A stretch of 64,000 nucleotides of DNA from Spirochaetia bacterium. GTDB lineage: Bacteria > Spirochaetota > Spirochaetia > SZUA-6 > Bin103. Location: assembly GCA_965203515.1 (NCBI GenBank), contig OZ241907.1, positions 3,296,001 through 3,360,000 of the forward strand, written 5' to 3'. Shown here piece by piece: positions 1 through 12,045 of the stretch (position 1 is its first letter; the number at the start of each line of letters is the position of its first letter). Both the position numbers and the translations under genes were made by a program. The notes beneath the pieces are model-generated. The model was not told the DNA's origin and ran no database searches. It worked only from the letters and a program-made list of their open reading frames with translations.

Positions 1-643
1 GGGCGAGTTGGCGCTCTTCCTGGCCCGGGAAGCGCTGGGCGGCGCCGCGCTCGGCCTGGTGCTCGGCTGGATCGGCTACCTGGCGCTGCGCAGCATCGAC
101 AGCTATCAGATCGAGGTGCTGATCACCCTGGCGCTGGTCGCCGGCGGCTACGCGCTGTCGTCGACGCTGCACGTCGCGGGCCCGCTGGCGGTGGTGGTGA
201 TGGGCCTGTTCATCGGCAACCGGGGGCGCCGCCTGGGGATGTCGGAGAAGACCCGCGAGCACCTCGATTCGTTCTGGGAGCTGCTGGACGAGGTGCTCAA
301 CGCCGTGCTGTTCGTGTTGATCGGTCTGGAGCTGCTGGTGATCGACCTCAATCCCGCGGCGCTCGCTGCCGGCGCCGCGGCGATCGTCGCGACGCTCGGT
401 TCCCGCCTGCTGGCGGTCGGCGGGACGATGCGGCTGCTCCGGCGTCCCGGGCCGCTGGTCGCCACCTGGGCGGGGCTGCGCGGCGGCATCTCGGTGGCGC
501 TCGCCCTGTCGCTGCCGGCCGTCCCCGAACGCGAGCTGGTGTTGACCATGACCTACGTCGTGGTGGTCTTCTCGATCGCCGTGCAGGGGCTGACCCTGAA
601 GCCGCTGGCACGCCGGCGCCGGGAGCGCCCGCGCGCTTCGTGA
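1..643 (+). CDS. Na+/H+ antiporter, CPA1/NhaP family (5' truncated by window edge)
   Basis: Hydrophobic multi-TM ORF with FWELLDEVLNAVLF, GLRGGISVALALSL and FSIAVQGLT motifs typical of NhaP. Confidence 0.9.
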   Translation, partial: GELALFLAREALGGAALGLVLGWIGYLALRSIDSYQIEVLITLALVAGGYALSSTLHVAGPLAVVVMGLFIGNRGRRLGMSEKTREHLDSFWELLDEVLNAVLFVLIGLELLVIDLNPAALAAGAAAIVATLGSRLLAVGGTMRLLRRPGPLVATWAGLRGGISVALALSLPAVPERELVLTMTYVVVVFSIAVQGLTLKPLARRRRERPRAS

Positions 644-650
644 CCGGCGC

Positions 651-1649
651 GTGCTGACCGCGGTCACGGGAGCGACCGGCTTCGTAGGCCGCGCGTGCGC
701 CGCCGCCCTGGCCGCCGCCGGGCAGGAGGTGGTCTGCACCGTGCGCGCGCGGAGCGACACCCGCGCGCTGCGGGCGCTCGGTCCGGCGGTGACGCTCGCG
801 CCGGGGGCGCTGCATGACCGGCGCGCGCTGGCCGCCGCGTTCGCGGGCTGCCGGCGCGTGGTCCATTGCGCGGCGCGTGCGGACGACTGGGGCCGACGGC
901 GCGACTTCGAGCGCGACAACGTCGCGGGCGCGGTCAACGTCATCGAAGCGGCGGCGCGCGCCGGCGTCGAGCACGTGGTCCACATGTCGACCGCCAACGC
1001 CGGCGGCTACGGCCGCCGGGACCTGGATGAGGCGAGCCGCGGCCGGCGCTCACCGTCGCCGTACTCGCGCTCGAAGCTGGCGGCCGAGCACGCCGCGCGC
1101 GTGCGCGCCGCCGGCTGCGGCGTGCGGTTGACGATCCTCCGTCCCAGCGCCGTGTACGGACCCGGCGACCGTCGCTGGACCCTGCCGATGCTGGATCGCG
1201 TCAGCGCCGGCGCCTGGCCGCTCGTCGCCGGCGGCCGGGCGCGGCTGACGCCGCTCTACGTCGTCAACCTGGCGCAGGCGGTCGTGCTGGCGCTCGACCG
1301 CCGCCCGCCGGGTACCTTCATACTGACCGACGACGTCACCATGACCTGGCGGCAGTTCGCCGCCCGTTGCGCGCGCGCTCTCGGGGTGCGCGCAATGGCG
1401 CGCAGCGTCCCGTACGCGCTCGCGCGGCCGGCGGCGGAGGCGGTCGAGCTGTTCGGCCGGATGGCGCGGCTGCGCCGCCCGCCGGCGATCACGCGCTACC
1501 GCGTCATCCGCGCCGCCAAGGACTTTCACTACCGGTGCGATCGCGCGCGAAGCGTTCTGGGATACCGCCCGGACCGCGACGTGGACGACCATCTGCGCGC
1601 CTGCGCCGCCTGGTACCGCCGCGTCCGCTCGGCGTGCGCGCCGGCTTGA
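651..1649 (+). CDS. NAD-dependent epimerase/dehydratase (extended SDR, 3-beta-HSD-like)
   Basis: TGATGFVG Rossmann motif, YSRSK catalytic YxxxK, RPSAVYGPGD. Confidence 0.88.
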   Translation: MLTAVTGATGFVGRACAAALAAAGQEVVCTVRARSDTRALRALGPAVTLAPGALHDRRALAAAFAGCRRVVHCAARADDWGRRRDFERDNVAGAVNVIEAAARAGVEHVVHMSTANAGGYGRRDLDEASRGRRSPSPYSRSKLAAEHAARVRAAGCGVRLTILRPSAVYGPGDRRWTLPMLDRVSAGAWPLVAGGRARLTPLYVVNLAQAVVLALDRRPPGTFILTDDVTMTWRQFAARCARALGVRAMARSVPYALARPAAEAVELFGRMARLRRPPAITRYRVIRAAKDFHYRCDRARSVLGYRPDRDVDDHLRACAAWYRRVRSACAPA

Positions 1650-1672
1650 CGCGCCGCGGCGAACGGCCGCCA

Positions 1673-4225
1673 ATGGCGGCCATGGAACGGCAGACGAAAT
1701 CCGGTTCGGGGGCGGCGCCGGCGCGGGCCAGGATTGCGGTGATCGGCGCCGGCATCGTCGGCAACTGCCTGGTGGCGCACCTGGCGGAGCTGGGCTGGGA
1801 CGAGCTGGTGCTGATCGACAAGGGGCCGCTGCCCAACCCCGGCGGCTCCACCGGCCACGCCTCCAACTTCATCTTCCCCACCGATCACAACCGCGAGATC
1901 GCCATGCTGACGCTGGAGAGCCAGCGCCAGTACGAGGAGCTGGGGGTCAACACCACCTGCGGCGGGGTGGAGGTGGCGCGCACCGAGGCGCGCATGGAGG
2001 AGCTGCGGCGGCGCATGACCTCGGCCCGCTCCTGGGGCATCGAGGCGTACCTGCTCACCCCGCAGGAGGTGGCCGCCCGCATCCCGTTCGTGAACGCCGC
2101 CGTGATCGCGGGCGGCTTCTACATGCCGGCCGTTTCGGTGGTCGACTCGGTGCGCGCCGGCACCATCATGCGCGAACGCGCGCTGGCCAAGGGGGCGCTC
2201 ACGGTGCTCGACGACACCGAGGTCACCGGGCTGGAGGTGGAGCGCGGCCCGTTTCGCCGGCCCCGCATCCGCGCCGTGGCGACCGACCGCGGCACCATCG
2301 CCGCGGAGCAGGTGGTGATCGCCTGCGGGGTGTGGAGCCCGCGCGTGGCGGCCATGGCCGGCGCCAGCATTCCGCTCACCGCGGCGGTGCACCAGATGGC
2401 CGACCTGGGGCCGATCGACCTGCTGCGCGAGACCGGCAACGAGATCGGCTACCCGATCGTGCGCGACATGGACGTCTTCATGTACGAGCGGCAGAGCCAC
2501 GCGGCGATGGAGGTCGGCTCCTACGCGCACCGCCCGATCCTGGTGCGCCCGGACGACATCCCCTCGCTCGCCGAGGCGGAGCGGTCCCCCACCGAGCTGC
2601 CGTTCACCGGCGGCGACTTCGCGCCCCAGCTCGGCCACGCGCGCGAGATCATGGGCGGGCTGCTGGCCGGCTCCGAGATCGGGTACGCGGTCAACGGCCT
2701 GCTGTCGCTCACCCCGGACGCGCAGCAGGTGCTGGGCGAGACGGCCGAGGTGGAGCGGCTGTGGTCGGCGGCGGCGGTGTGGATCAAGGAAGGCCCCGGC
2801 ACCGCGCGGCTGATCGCGGAGTGGATCACCTACGGCTACCCGCGCCTGTGCGATCCGCACGGCTCGGACATCACCCGCTTCTATCCCCACGAGCGTACCG
2901 AGCGCCACGTCCGCGACCGCTGCAACGAGCACTTCATCAAGACCTACGGCATCGTCCACCCGCGCGAGCAGTGGGCCTCCGCGCGCGGCATGAAGCGCGC
3001 CCCGTTCCACGACCGCACCACCGCCCTGGGCGCCGAGTACTACGACGCGCGCGGCTGGGAGCGGCCGCAGTGGTACGCGTCGAACGCCGACCTAGTGGAG
3101 CGCTACGCCATCCCCGAACGCCCGCACGAGTGGGACCGGCGCTGGTGGTCGCCGATCATCGACGGCGAGCACCTGCACCTGCGCGAGAAGGCCGGCATCG
3201 TCGACCTGAGCGCGTTTCAGATCTTCGACCTGTCCGGTCCGGGCGTGGTGCCTTGCCTGGAACGGCTGACGGTCAACAAGTGCGACCGCCCGCCCGGCAG
3301 CTCGATCTACACCCCGCTGCTGACGCCGGAGGGCGGCATCCGCGCCGACCTCACCATCCAGCGCCTGGCCGATGACCGCTTCCGCGTGGTGACCGGCGCC
3401 TTCGACGGCGCGCGCGACGCGGTGTGGTTCCGGCGCCATCTGCCGGCCGACGGTTCGGTGCAGTTCGAGGACCGCTCCTCGGCGCTGTGCACCATCGGGG
3501 TGTGGGGGCCGGACGCCTGCGCGCTGCTCGCCGGCATCGCCGACACCGGCCTCTCGCAGGCGGAGTTCCCCTACGGGACGCTGCGCGCGGCGCTCATCGA
3601 CGGGGTCCCGGTGACCATGCTGCGCATCTCCTACGTGGGCGAGAGCGGCTTCGAGATCACCACCGCGACCGAGTACGGCGTGCGCCTGTGGGACGCCATC
3701 CGGCAGGCGGGGCGCCCGTTCGACGCGCGCCCGGTCGGGATCGGCGTCTACGGCACCACCGCGCGCATGGAGAAGGGCTACCTGCTGATGGGCTCCGACC
3801 TGACCGCCGAATACTCGCCGGTGGAGGCCGGCCTGGCCCGCCCGCGCGTGAAGCGGGATGCGTTCATCGGCAAGCAGGCCTACCTGCGGGCGCGCGCCGC
3901 GGAGCCGGCCGCGCGGCTGTGCGCGCTGACCATGGACGACCACACCGCCGCGGCCGGGATCGAACGCTTCCCCACCGGCGGCAACGAGCCGATCCTGACC
4001 GCGGACGGCGCGCGCATCGTCGACGCGCACGGCCGCGAGGCGCGCGTCACCTCGGCCGGCATGGGGCCGTCGGTGGGCAAGTACCTGCTGTTCGCCTACC
4101 TGCCGCCCGAGCACGCGGCGCCCGGCACGCGGCTGCAGGTGCTGTACATGAACGAGACCTTTCCGGTCACCGCGGCCGCCGCCACGTCCCTGTTCGACCC
4201 GCAGAACACCCGCCTGACGGCCTGA
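1673..4225 (+). CDS. FAD-dependent oxidoreductase with GcvT domain (dimethylglycine/sarcosine dehydrogenase or oxidase family)
   Basis: IGAGIVG FAD motif, GSTGHASN, C-terminal aminomethyltransferase domain (RISYVGESGFE, RMEKGY). Start placed at ATG 1673 (1682 is an alternative). Confidence 0.9.
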   Translation: MAAMERQTKSGSGAAPARARIAVIGAGIVGNCLVAHLAELGWDELVLIDKGPLPNPGGSTGHASNFIFPTDHNREIAMLTLESQRQYEELGVNTTCGGVEVARTEARMEELRRRMTSARSWGIEAYLLTPQEVAARIPFVNAAVIAGGFYMPAVSVVDSVRAGTIMRERALAKGALTVLDDTEVTGLEVERGPFRRPRIRAVATDRGTIAAEQVVIACGVWSPRVAAMAGASIPLTAAVHQMADLGPIDLLRETGNEIGYPIVRDMDVFMYERQSHAAMEVGSYAHRPILVRPDDIPSLAEAERSPTELPFTGGDFAPQLGHAREIMGGLLAGSEIGYAVNGLLSLTPDAQQVLGETAEVERLWSAAAVWIKEGPGTARLIAEWITYGYPRLCDPHGSDITRFYPHERTERHVRDRCNEHFIKTYGIVHPREQWASARGMKRAPFHDRTTALGAEYYDARGWERPQWYASNADLVERYAIPERPHEWDRRWWSPIIDGEHLHLREKAGIVDLSAFQIFDLSGPGVVPCLERLTVNKCDRPPGSSIYTPLLTPEGGIRADLTIQRLADDRFRVVTGAFDGARDAVWFRRHLPADGSVQFEDRSSALCTIGVWGPDACALLAGIADTGLSQAEFPYGTLRAALIDGVPVTMLRISYVGESGFEITTATEYGVRLWDAIRQAGRPFDARPVGIGVYGTTARMEKGYLLMGSDLTAEYSPVEAGLARPRVKRDAFIGKQAYLRARAAEPAARLCALTMDDHTAAAGIERFPTGGNEPILTADGARIVDAHGREARVTSAGMGPSVGKYLLFAYLPPEHAAPGTRLQVLYMNETFPVTAAAATSLFDPQNTRLTA

Positions 4226-4261
4226 CGATCGGCGTACCGGCCGCCGGCGCCCGGAGCAACA

Positions 4262-5326
4262 CTACCGGGCGGCGAGGGGTGTGACGGAGAGGCGCGCGCA
4301 GAGATCGTCGAGGGAGCGGATCACGCCGGCATCGAGCGGGATGCCGTGCGCCTGCCGTTCGGCCGCCGAGCGCTGCTCCGGCTCGCCCGGCAGGAGGATC
4401 TCCGTCACGCCGGCGCGCCGGCGCGCCGAGCGCAGGTACGCGAAGTAGCGCTCCTGCATCGCCTGCATGGCGCCCCGGTCGATGAAGGCGGCCGGGTCGA
4501 ACGCCTGCAGCAGGAAGTGGTTGTGCAGCACCGGCCCCATCGTCCCCGGCGCCCCGCCGGTCAGCACGCTGCCGAGCAGGTCGACGATCACCGACAGGCC
4601 GTAGCCCTTGTGCGCGACGCTGCCGCCCAGCGGCAGCAGCGTGCCGCCGGCGTACAGCGCCTCCGGGTCGGTGCTCGGCTCGCCGTCCTTGTCGAGGACC
4701 CAGCCGGGCGGCAGCTCCCTGCCGGCGGTGCGCGCCAGCTTGACCTTGCCCTCGGCCACCACGCTGGTGGTCATGTCGACCAGGATCGGGTCCCCGCCGG
4801 TGGGGACGGCGATGGCGATCGGGTTGGTGGCCAGCCGCCGCTCGGCGCCGCCCCACGGGGCGATGAAGGAGGAGCCTTCCGCGCTGCAGAAGAGCTGCGC
4901 GATCAACCCCCGCTCGGCCAGCATGGCGGCGTAGGCGCCGGCGCGGCCGATGTGAAAGGCGTTGCGCACGCCGACCGCCGCCATGCCGGTGCGGTCGGCC
5001 TTGGCGGCGGCCAGCTCGGTCGCGAACTCCGCCACCGCGTGGCCCCAGGCGTCGTGGCCGTCGACCACGGCGGTCGCCGCCGTCTCGCGCTCCACGGTCG
5101 GGCGCGCCGCCGGATCGACGTGGCCCCGGTCCCGGAAGTCCGCGTACTGCGGCAGCCGGAACACGCCGTGCGAGTCGTGGCCGACCAGGTTGGCCAGCAC
5201 CAGGTGGCGGGCGACGATCTCGGCGTGCTCGGGATAGCTGCCGAGGGCGCCGAGGACGTCGGCGGCGAAGGCGCGCAGCGTAGCGGCGTCGTAGCGGACC
5301 GCTCCGGCGTCAGGCGTCGGGCTCAT
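4262..5326 (-). CDS. Ldh2 family oxidoreductase (malate/lactate/ureidoglycolate dehydrogenase)
   Basis: GHDSHG, HIGRAG, TNPIAIA, HKGYGL motifs; ATG 5326 overlaps the rhomboid stop. Confidence 0.9.
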   Translation of the reverse strand: MSPTPDAGAVRYDAATLRAFAADVLGALGSYPEHAEIVARHLVLANLVGHDSHGVFRLPQYADFRDRGHVDPAARPTVERETAATAVVDGHDAWGHAVAEFATELAAAKADRTGMAAVGVRNAFHIGRAGAYAAMLAERGLIAQLFCSAEGSSFIAPWGGAERRLATNPIAIAVPTGGDPILVDMTTSVVAEGKVKLARTAGRELPPGWVLDKDGEPSTDPEALYAGGTLLPLGGSVAHKGYGLSVIVDLLGSVLTGGAPGTMGPVLHNHFLLQAFDPAAFIDRGAMQAMQERYFAYLRSARRRAGVTEILLPGEPEQRSAAERQAHGIPLDAGVIRSLDDLCARLSVTPLAAR

Positions 5327-5928
5327 GCCGATGCCTCCGTGCCGCCGCCCGGTTGCGCGGACCGCGCCGGCGGAGGCGCCGCGCGGGTGATCGCGAAGCC
5401 GAACAGGCTGCCGCACACGCCGCCGATGACGTGCGCGAGTTGCGAGATCGAGTCCTCGCCGAAGGCGTTCACCACCTCGCGCGCCAAGTACAGCACGGCG
5501 ACCAGCACGAAGGTGAGCGGTATCTCCCCGGAGCGGATGTTGGTGAACGAGCTGAGCAGGATCATCATGAAGGCGATGCCGCTGGCGCCCATCAGGGCGG
5601 TCGTCAGGAACAGCCAGTTCAGGACCCCGGTCGCCAGCGCCGTGATCGCCATCATCAACAGCAGCGGCCCGGAGCCGTACTTCTCCTCCAGGATCGGCCC
5701 GATCAAGAGGATCAGGGTGAAGTTGGCCAACAGGTGCGTCCAGTCGGCGTGCCCCAGCACGTGCGTGACCAGCCGCACGTAACCGATCGGCGAGGAGCCG
5801 GCGAAGGTGCCGGGCACCGCGAAGTTCCTGACCGCGAATCCCCCGCCCGCGATCTGGTCGATCGCCATCACGGCCGCGGCGGCGACCGTGTAGCTGAGCA
5901 CCACCGGCGCGTTGTAACGGACCTTCAT
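5323..5928 (-). CDS. Rhomboid family intramembrane serine protease
   Basis: HADWTHLLAN, catalytic GASG, AHVIGG. Confidence 0.9.
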   Translation of the reverse strand: MKVRYNAPVVLSYTVAAAAVMAIDQIAGGGFAVRNFAVPGTFAGSSPIGYVRLVTHVLGHADWTHLLANFTLILLIGPILEEKYGSGPLLLMMAITALATGVLNWLFLTTALMGASGIAFMMILLSSFTNIRSGEIPLTFVLVAVLYLAREVVNAFGEDSISQLAHVIGGVCGSLFGFAITRAAPPPARSAQPGGGTEASA

Positions 5929-5950
5929 GCTTCCTCTTCCTTCCGGCGTC

Positions 5951-7312
5951 TCACGCGCCGGCGATGATCGCGCGCACTTCCGCCAGCGTCGTCGCCACGG
6001 CGTCGCCGTCGCGTCCCTCCAGGCGGAGCCGCAGCAGCGGCTCCGTGTTGCTGGGGCGGATGGTAAACCAGACGTGATCGTACGCCACCGACAACCCGTC
6101 CAGGGTATCGATCCGTGCGTCGCGGTAGCGGCCGCGGATGCGCTGAAGCGCCGTCAGCGCGTCCTGCCGGGCGCGGACCGGCAGGTTGATCTCCGCCGAC
6201 TGCGCGTAGCGGCCGCGCAGCGGGGCGGTCAACTCCGACAGCGGCCGATCGGCTCGCGCCAGGAGCGCCGCCATCATCACGATCGCGTACAGCGCCGACT
6301 CGGTAAAGAAGGCGCCGGAGACCCGGAAATAGAGATGACCGGAGGTCTCGCAGCCGAAGGCGGCGCCGCTGTCGACCATGGCGTCGTACAGGTGGGTGTA
6401 GCCGACCGGCGAGCGCACCGGCCGGCCGCCGGCGGCGGCCACCTCCTCGGCGAACACGCGCGAGGCGATCAGGTCGTGCACGATCGCCGCGCCCGGATGC
6501 CGCCGCAGCATCTCGCCGGCCAGCAGCGCGCCGCTGAAGGCGCCGGCCAGCACCTCCCCGCGCTCGTCGACGAACAGTACGCGGTCGCCGTCGCCGTCCA
6601 GGATGGCGCCGAAGGCGGCGTCGCCGGCGCGCACCGCGGCGGCGGCGTCGCGCTGGCTGACCTCCTCCAGCGGATTGGGCGGATGCGCCGGGAACGTGCC
6701 GTCCGGCGCGCCGTTGATCACGGTGACGAAGCCGCCCAGACGGTCGGAGACCGCCTGCGTCAACGCGCCGGCCGAGCCGTTCGAGACGTCGACCACGCCC
6801 GGCGCCAGCGGCGCGCCGGCGGCCGCCCCGGCCGCAAAGGCGACGTACCGGTCGGCCGGCGGCGACTCCGGAGTCGTCGTCTCCGGAGTCGCCGCGGCGG
6901 CGCCCGGCCGCTCGCCTTCGATCGCGGGGAGCAGCTGCTCCACGCGGGAGAGCCCCTTGGCGTAGCTCACCGAGCCGCCGGACCGGTCGAAGACCTTGAA
7001 GCCATGGTACTCGGGCGGATTGTGCGACGCGGTGGCCATCACGCCGGCATCGTAACCGGCGTCGAGCTGCAGGAAGTGGAGCGCCGGCGTGGTGGTCAGC
7101 CCGGCGCCGGCCACGCGCCGCCCTTCCGCCTGCAGCCCGCGCGCCAGGGCGCCGCAGAGCGCCGGCGAGTGGGTACGCGCGTCGTGGCCGAGCAGGTAGC
7201 GCTCGGCGTCCAGGTGGCGCGCCAGGGCGCGGCCGATCCGGTAGGCGAGCGGCTCGTCGATGCCGGCGCCGTAGACCGAACGGATGTCGTAGGCGTGGAA
7301 GGGCTCGTTCAT
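5951..7312 (-). CDS. Phosphomannomutase/phosphoglucomutase
   Basis: YDIRS, TASHNP phosphoserine loop, DGDGDR metal loop, ETSGH, RPSNTEP. Confidence 0.93.
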   Translation of the reverse strand: MNEPFHAYDIRSVYGAGIDEPLAYRIGRALARHLDAERYLLGHDARTHSPALCGALARGLQAEGRRVAGAGLTTTPALHFLQLDAGYDAGVMATASHNPPEYHGFKVFDRSGGSVSYAKGLSRVEQLLPAIEGERPGAAAATPETTTPESPPADRYVAFAAGAAAGAPLAPGVVDVSNGSAGALTQAVSDRLGGFVTVINGAPDGTFPAHPPNPLEEVSQRDAAAAVRAGDAAFGAILDGDGDRVLFVDERGEVLAGAFSGALLAGEMLRRHPGAAIVHDLIASRVFAEEVAAAGGRPVRSPVGYTHLYDAMVDSGAAFGCETSGHLYFRVSGAFFTESALYAIVMMAALLARADRPLSELTAPLRGRYAQSAEINLPVRARQDALTALQRIRGRYRDARIDTLDGLSVAYDHVWFTIRPSNTEPLLRLRLEGRDGDAVATTLAEVRAIIAGA

Positions 7313-7322
7313 GGCGCGGGTC

Positions 7323-9257
<1,935 letters not shown>

Positions 9258-9261
9258 GGCT

Positions 9262-10647
9262 CTATCCCGCGAAGCGGAAGTAGATCACCAGCGGCGCGGC
9301 CGCGGCGCCGGTGACCAGAAGCCGTTCTTCGTCGACGCCGCCGGCCGGCACCAGACGGATGCCGGTGTCGTCGCGGGCGTAGAGGAAGGTGACCCGCGCG
9401 GGCCGCCTCGATCGGTCGCCGCGGTCGAAGGCCAGGGTGAGCACGCCGGAGTACTCGGCGCGCAGCGCGGCCGGCAGGTGCAGGTGCAGCTCGACGGCGC
9501 CGGTGCCGGGCGCGTCGGCCGGGACGACGCCGGGCACCAGCCGCTGGAAGCCGCTCCAGCGGAAGCGCCGCTCCGGCTCCAGCGACACCTCGCCGTAGGC
9601 GTCCGACCGCAGCGCCGGGCCGTCCGCGCGCAACGCGTCGTAGATGCGGTCGCGGCGCGCCTGCTCGGCGGCGATCAGGTCTTCCACCGGGGTGTCGAGG
9701 ACGACGAACCGCTCGGTCCGCGGCCGGTCCCGGTACCGGAAGGAGACCGCGATGCTCCGGTCGTTCTCGGCGACGATCCGCACGCCGCCGCCCTGCAGCA
9801 CGAAGACATCATCGCCCACGCGGTCGACCCGATCGTACGCGAAGGTAAGGTCGGCGTCCGGCAGCCGGAGGCGCGCGGTTCCGCCGGCGCCGGCCGCCGG
9901 GTCTGCGCCCGCGGAGGCGGCTTGATCGGACGGTTGGCCGGACGGTTGGATGGCGAAGCCGTAGCCGGCGGTGACGCGCCGCAGGTCGACGCGCCCGCTG
10001 GCCAGCATGTCGGCGTAGTAGCGCGGGCGCCACGCGGCGGCGGCGATGCGGTTCCACGGCGAGTCCTTGCGGCTCAGGCGGTCGGCCTCCGCCTGCGGGT
10101 CCTCCTCGGTATCGAAGAGCGGCAGGAACTCCCCGAAGGTAAACCCCTGCGTGCCGTCGGTGGTGAGCACCTGATACCAGAAGTTGGTGAAGGAGCCGAC
10201 CGTGACCGGTTCCGCCTGGCGGGCGACGATCTTGACCGCCTCGCCCTCGCGCAGGCGGTAGAGCTGCCGCGCGCCGGCGTCGGCCGCCTCCCGCACCGGC
10301 AGCCCGTTGCGGGCCGCGTAGCCGAACGTGTTGACCAGGCCGCTGAAGGCGGCGGCGAACTCGGCGGCCTGCTCCCGGTCCGCGAACAACCGCACCCGCC
10401 AGCGCGCCAACTCGCCGGCCGCGTCCGCCTCGGCGTAGCGGTAGACGTCGCGGATGTCCGATTCGTCGCTGATGGAAAGCACCGATCCGCCGATACCCGG
10501 CTGCGGCGCCCACAGCACCACCCCCCAGCCCAGACGCCGGTCGCCGCAGGCCGTGAAGACGGCGGCGACCGCGAGGACCGCGATCGGGGCGGCCCGGCGC
10601 GCCGTGCGGGCGCGCCGGACGGCCTCCGGCGGCGCGGCTTGGCCCAT
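9262..10647 (-). CDS. Lipoprotein with SH3-like domain (spirochaete-type)
   Basis: Lipobox-like FTAC after a hydrophobic stretch; LPVRE...YRLREGEAVKI...WYQVLTTDGTQGFTF SH3b-like segment; ATG overlaps the upstream stop. Confidence 0.7.
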   Translation of the reverse strand: MGQAAPPEAVRRARTARRAAPIAVLAVAAVFTACGDRRLGWGVVLWAPQPGIGGSVLSISDESDIRDVYRYAEADAAGELARWRVRLFADREQAAEFAAAFSGLVNTFGYAARNGLPVREAADAGARQLYRLREGEAVKIVARQAEPVTVGSFTNFWYQVLTTDGTQGFTFGEFLPLFDTEEDPQAEADRLSRKDSPWNRIAAAAWRPRYYADMLASGRVDLRRVTAGYGFAIQPSGQPSDQAASAGADPAAGAGGTARLRLPDADLTFAYDRVDRVGDDVFVLQGGGVRIVAENDRSIAVSFRYRDRPRTERFVVLDTPVEDLIAAEQARRDRIYDALRADGPALRSDAYGEVSLEPERRFRWSGFQRLVPGVVPADAPGTGAVELHLHLPAALRAEYSGVLTLAFDRGDRSRRPARVTFLYARDDTGIRLVPAGGVDEERLLVTGAAAAPLVIYFRFAG

Positions 10648-11978
10648 CAGGAGACCGACAGCGTGCCGCCGGCCTGCACCATGAGTATCTCGCCCGGTTT
10701 GATGATGCTCTCCGGCGAGCGGCCGTTGCCGGCCGCCAGCGCCTCTACGGTCACCCCGTGCCGGCGCGCGATCCCCCAGAGCGAATCGCCCTCCGTGACC
10801 ACGTGCACGGCGCCGAAGCCGGACTGCGCGACCCATGCCGTCGCCGGCTCCGTACGCTGCGGTTCCGGCCGTTCGGGCTCGGCGCGGTCCGGTCCGGCGG
10901 CGTCGGCCAACAGCGGGATGATCACGGTCTGCCCCATGCGCAGCCGCCGCGGTCGCAGGTCCGGGTTCTCGTCGGCGATCAGCTCGACGCTGCTGCCGTA
11001 GCGCTTGGCCATGTCCCAGAAGGTCTCCCCTTCGCGGATCCGGTGCTCGACGAAGTCGAACAGCTTGAAGCGCTCTTCCAGGAGGTCCCGCACCTGCTCG
11101 GCGTGCTCCGCCGGGACCTTCAGCCAGTAGCCGAGCATGTCGCCCGCGCGCGCGTCGCGCGAGGCGACCACCGCCGGCGTCACGCGCGAGTCGCTCGGCG
11201 TGAACGGCGATTCGAGCTCCGCATTGGCGGTGCGCAGCAGTTCCAGTTCGATCCCCGTGTGCTCGGCCAGCTTGCGCAGGTCGGCGCGCCCGCCGGCGCC
11301 GACCCGCACCCAGGTGATCGGTTCGATCTCCGGCAGCCCGTAGCGCTCCGGATACGCGAAGATGCGCGCCGCCGCCAGGAAGCGGGGCACGAATTCGGCG
11401 GTCTCCTGCGGCAGCGCCCCCGCCTCGCGCAGTTTCCAGAAGTCCCCGGTGCCGGCGCGATCGACGGCCCGCCGCACGCGGTTCGGCCCGGCATTGTAGG
11501 CGGCGATCGCCAGCAGCCAATCGTCGAAGCGGTCGCGGTTGGCCGCCAGCGTGGCGAGCGCTACCTCGGTCGCCTTCCAGAAGTCGCGTCGTTCGTCGAT
11601 CGGGCCGCCGATGCGCAGGGGGTAGCCGCTGGCCCCCAACGGGGTGATCTGCCAGAGGCCGACCGCGCCGCGCGGCGACACCGCGCCGGGCAGGTACGCC
11701 GACTCCACCACCGGCAGCGCCCGCAGCTCCGGCGGCAGGCCGTGCCGGTCGAGCGCCGCCACGATGTGATCGGCGTAGAGCCACGAACGGTTCCAGACGT
11801 CGTGCAGCCATCCCCGCCACGTGGGCTGGGTGAACTTCCTGACGTAGTACTCGACGCGCGAGTGATCGCACGTCTTCCAGTCGGTGCGGCATTCCTGAGC
11901 CGCGAGGGGAGCGACGCCGATGGTGAAGAGCACGGCGATCGCCCCGAGCGCCCGATTCGGGCGTACCGGTACCGGCAT
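10647..11978 (-). CDS. mltD: Lytic murein transglycosylase MltD-like (SLT + LysM domains)
   Basis: LPVVESAY catalytic Glu, AVGLWQ, AAYNAG, ETAEFVP; two LysM repeats (GETFWDMAKRYG, GDSLWGIARRHG). Confidence 0.85.
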   Translation of the reverse strand: MPVPVRPNRALGAIAVLFTIGVAPLAAQECRTDWKTCDHSRVEYYVRKFTQPTWRGWLHDVWNRSWLYADHIVAALDRHGLPPELRALPVVESAYLPGAVSPRGAVGLWQITPLGASGYPLRIGGPIDERRDFWKATEVALATLAANRDRFDDWLLAIAAYNAGPNRVRRAVDRAGTGDFWKLREAGALPQETAEFVPRFLAAARIFAYPERYGLPEIEPITWVRVGAGGRADLRKLAEHTGIELELLRTANAELESPFTPSDSRVTPAVVASRDARAGDMLGYWLKVPAEHAEQVRDLLEERFKLFDFVEHRIREGETFWDMAKRYGSSVELIADENPDLRPRRLRMGQTVIIPLLADAAGPDRAEPERPEPQRTEPATAWVAQSGFGAVHVVTEGDSLWGIARRHGVTVEALAAGNGRSPESIIKPGEILMVQAGGTLSVS

Positions 11979-12045
11979 GATCGTCTTCTCCTTTTGGACG
12001 GTACGGCCGGTGCGCCGGCGCCGCCCCCTCCCTTACGGACCCCGT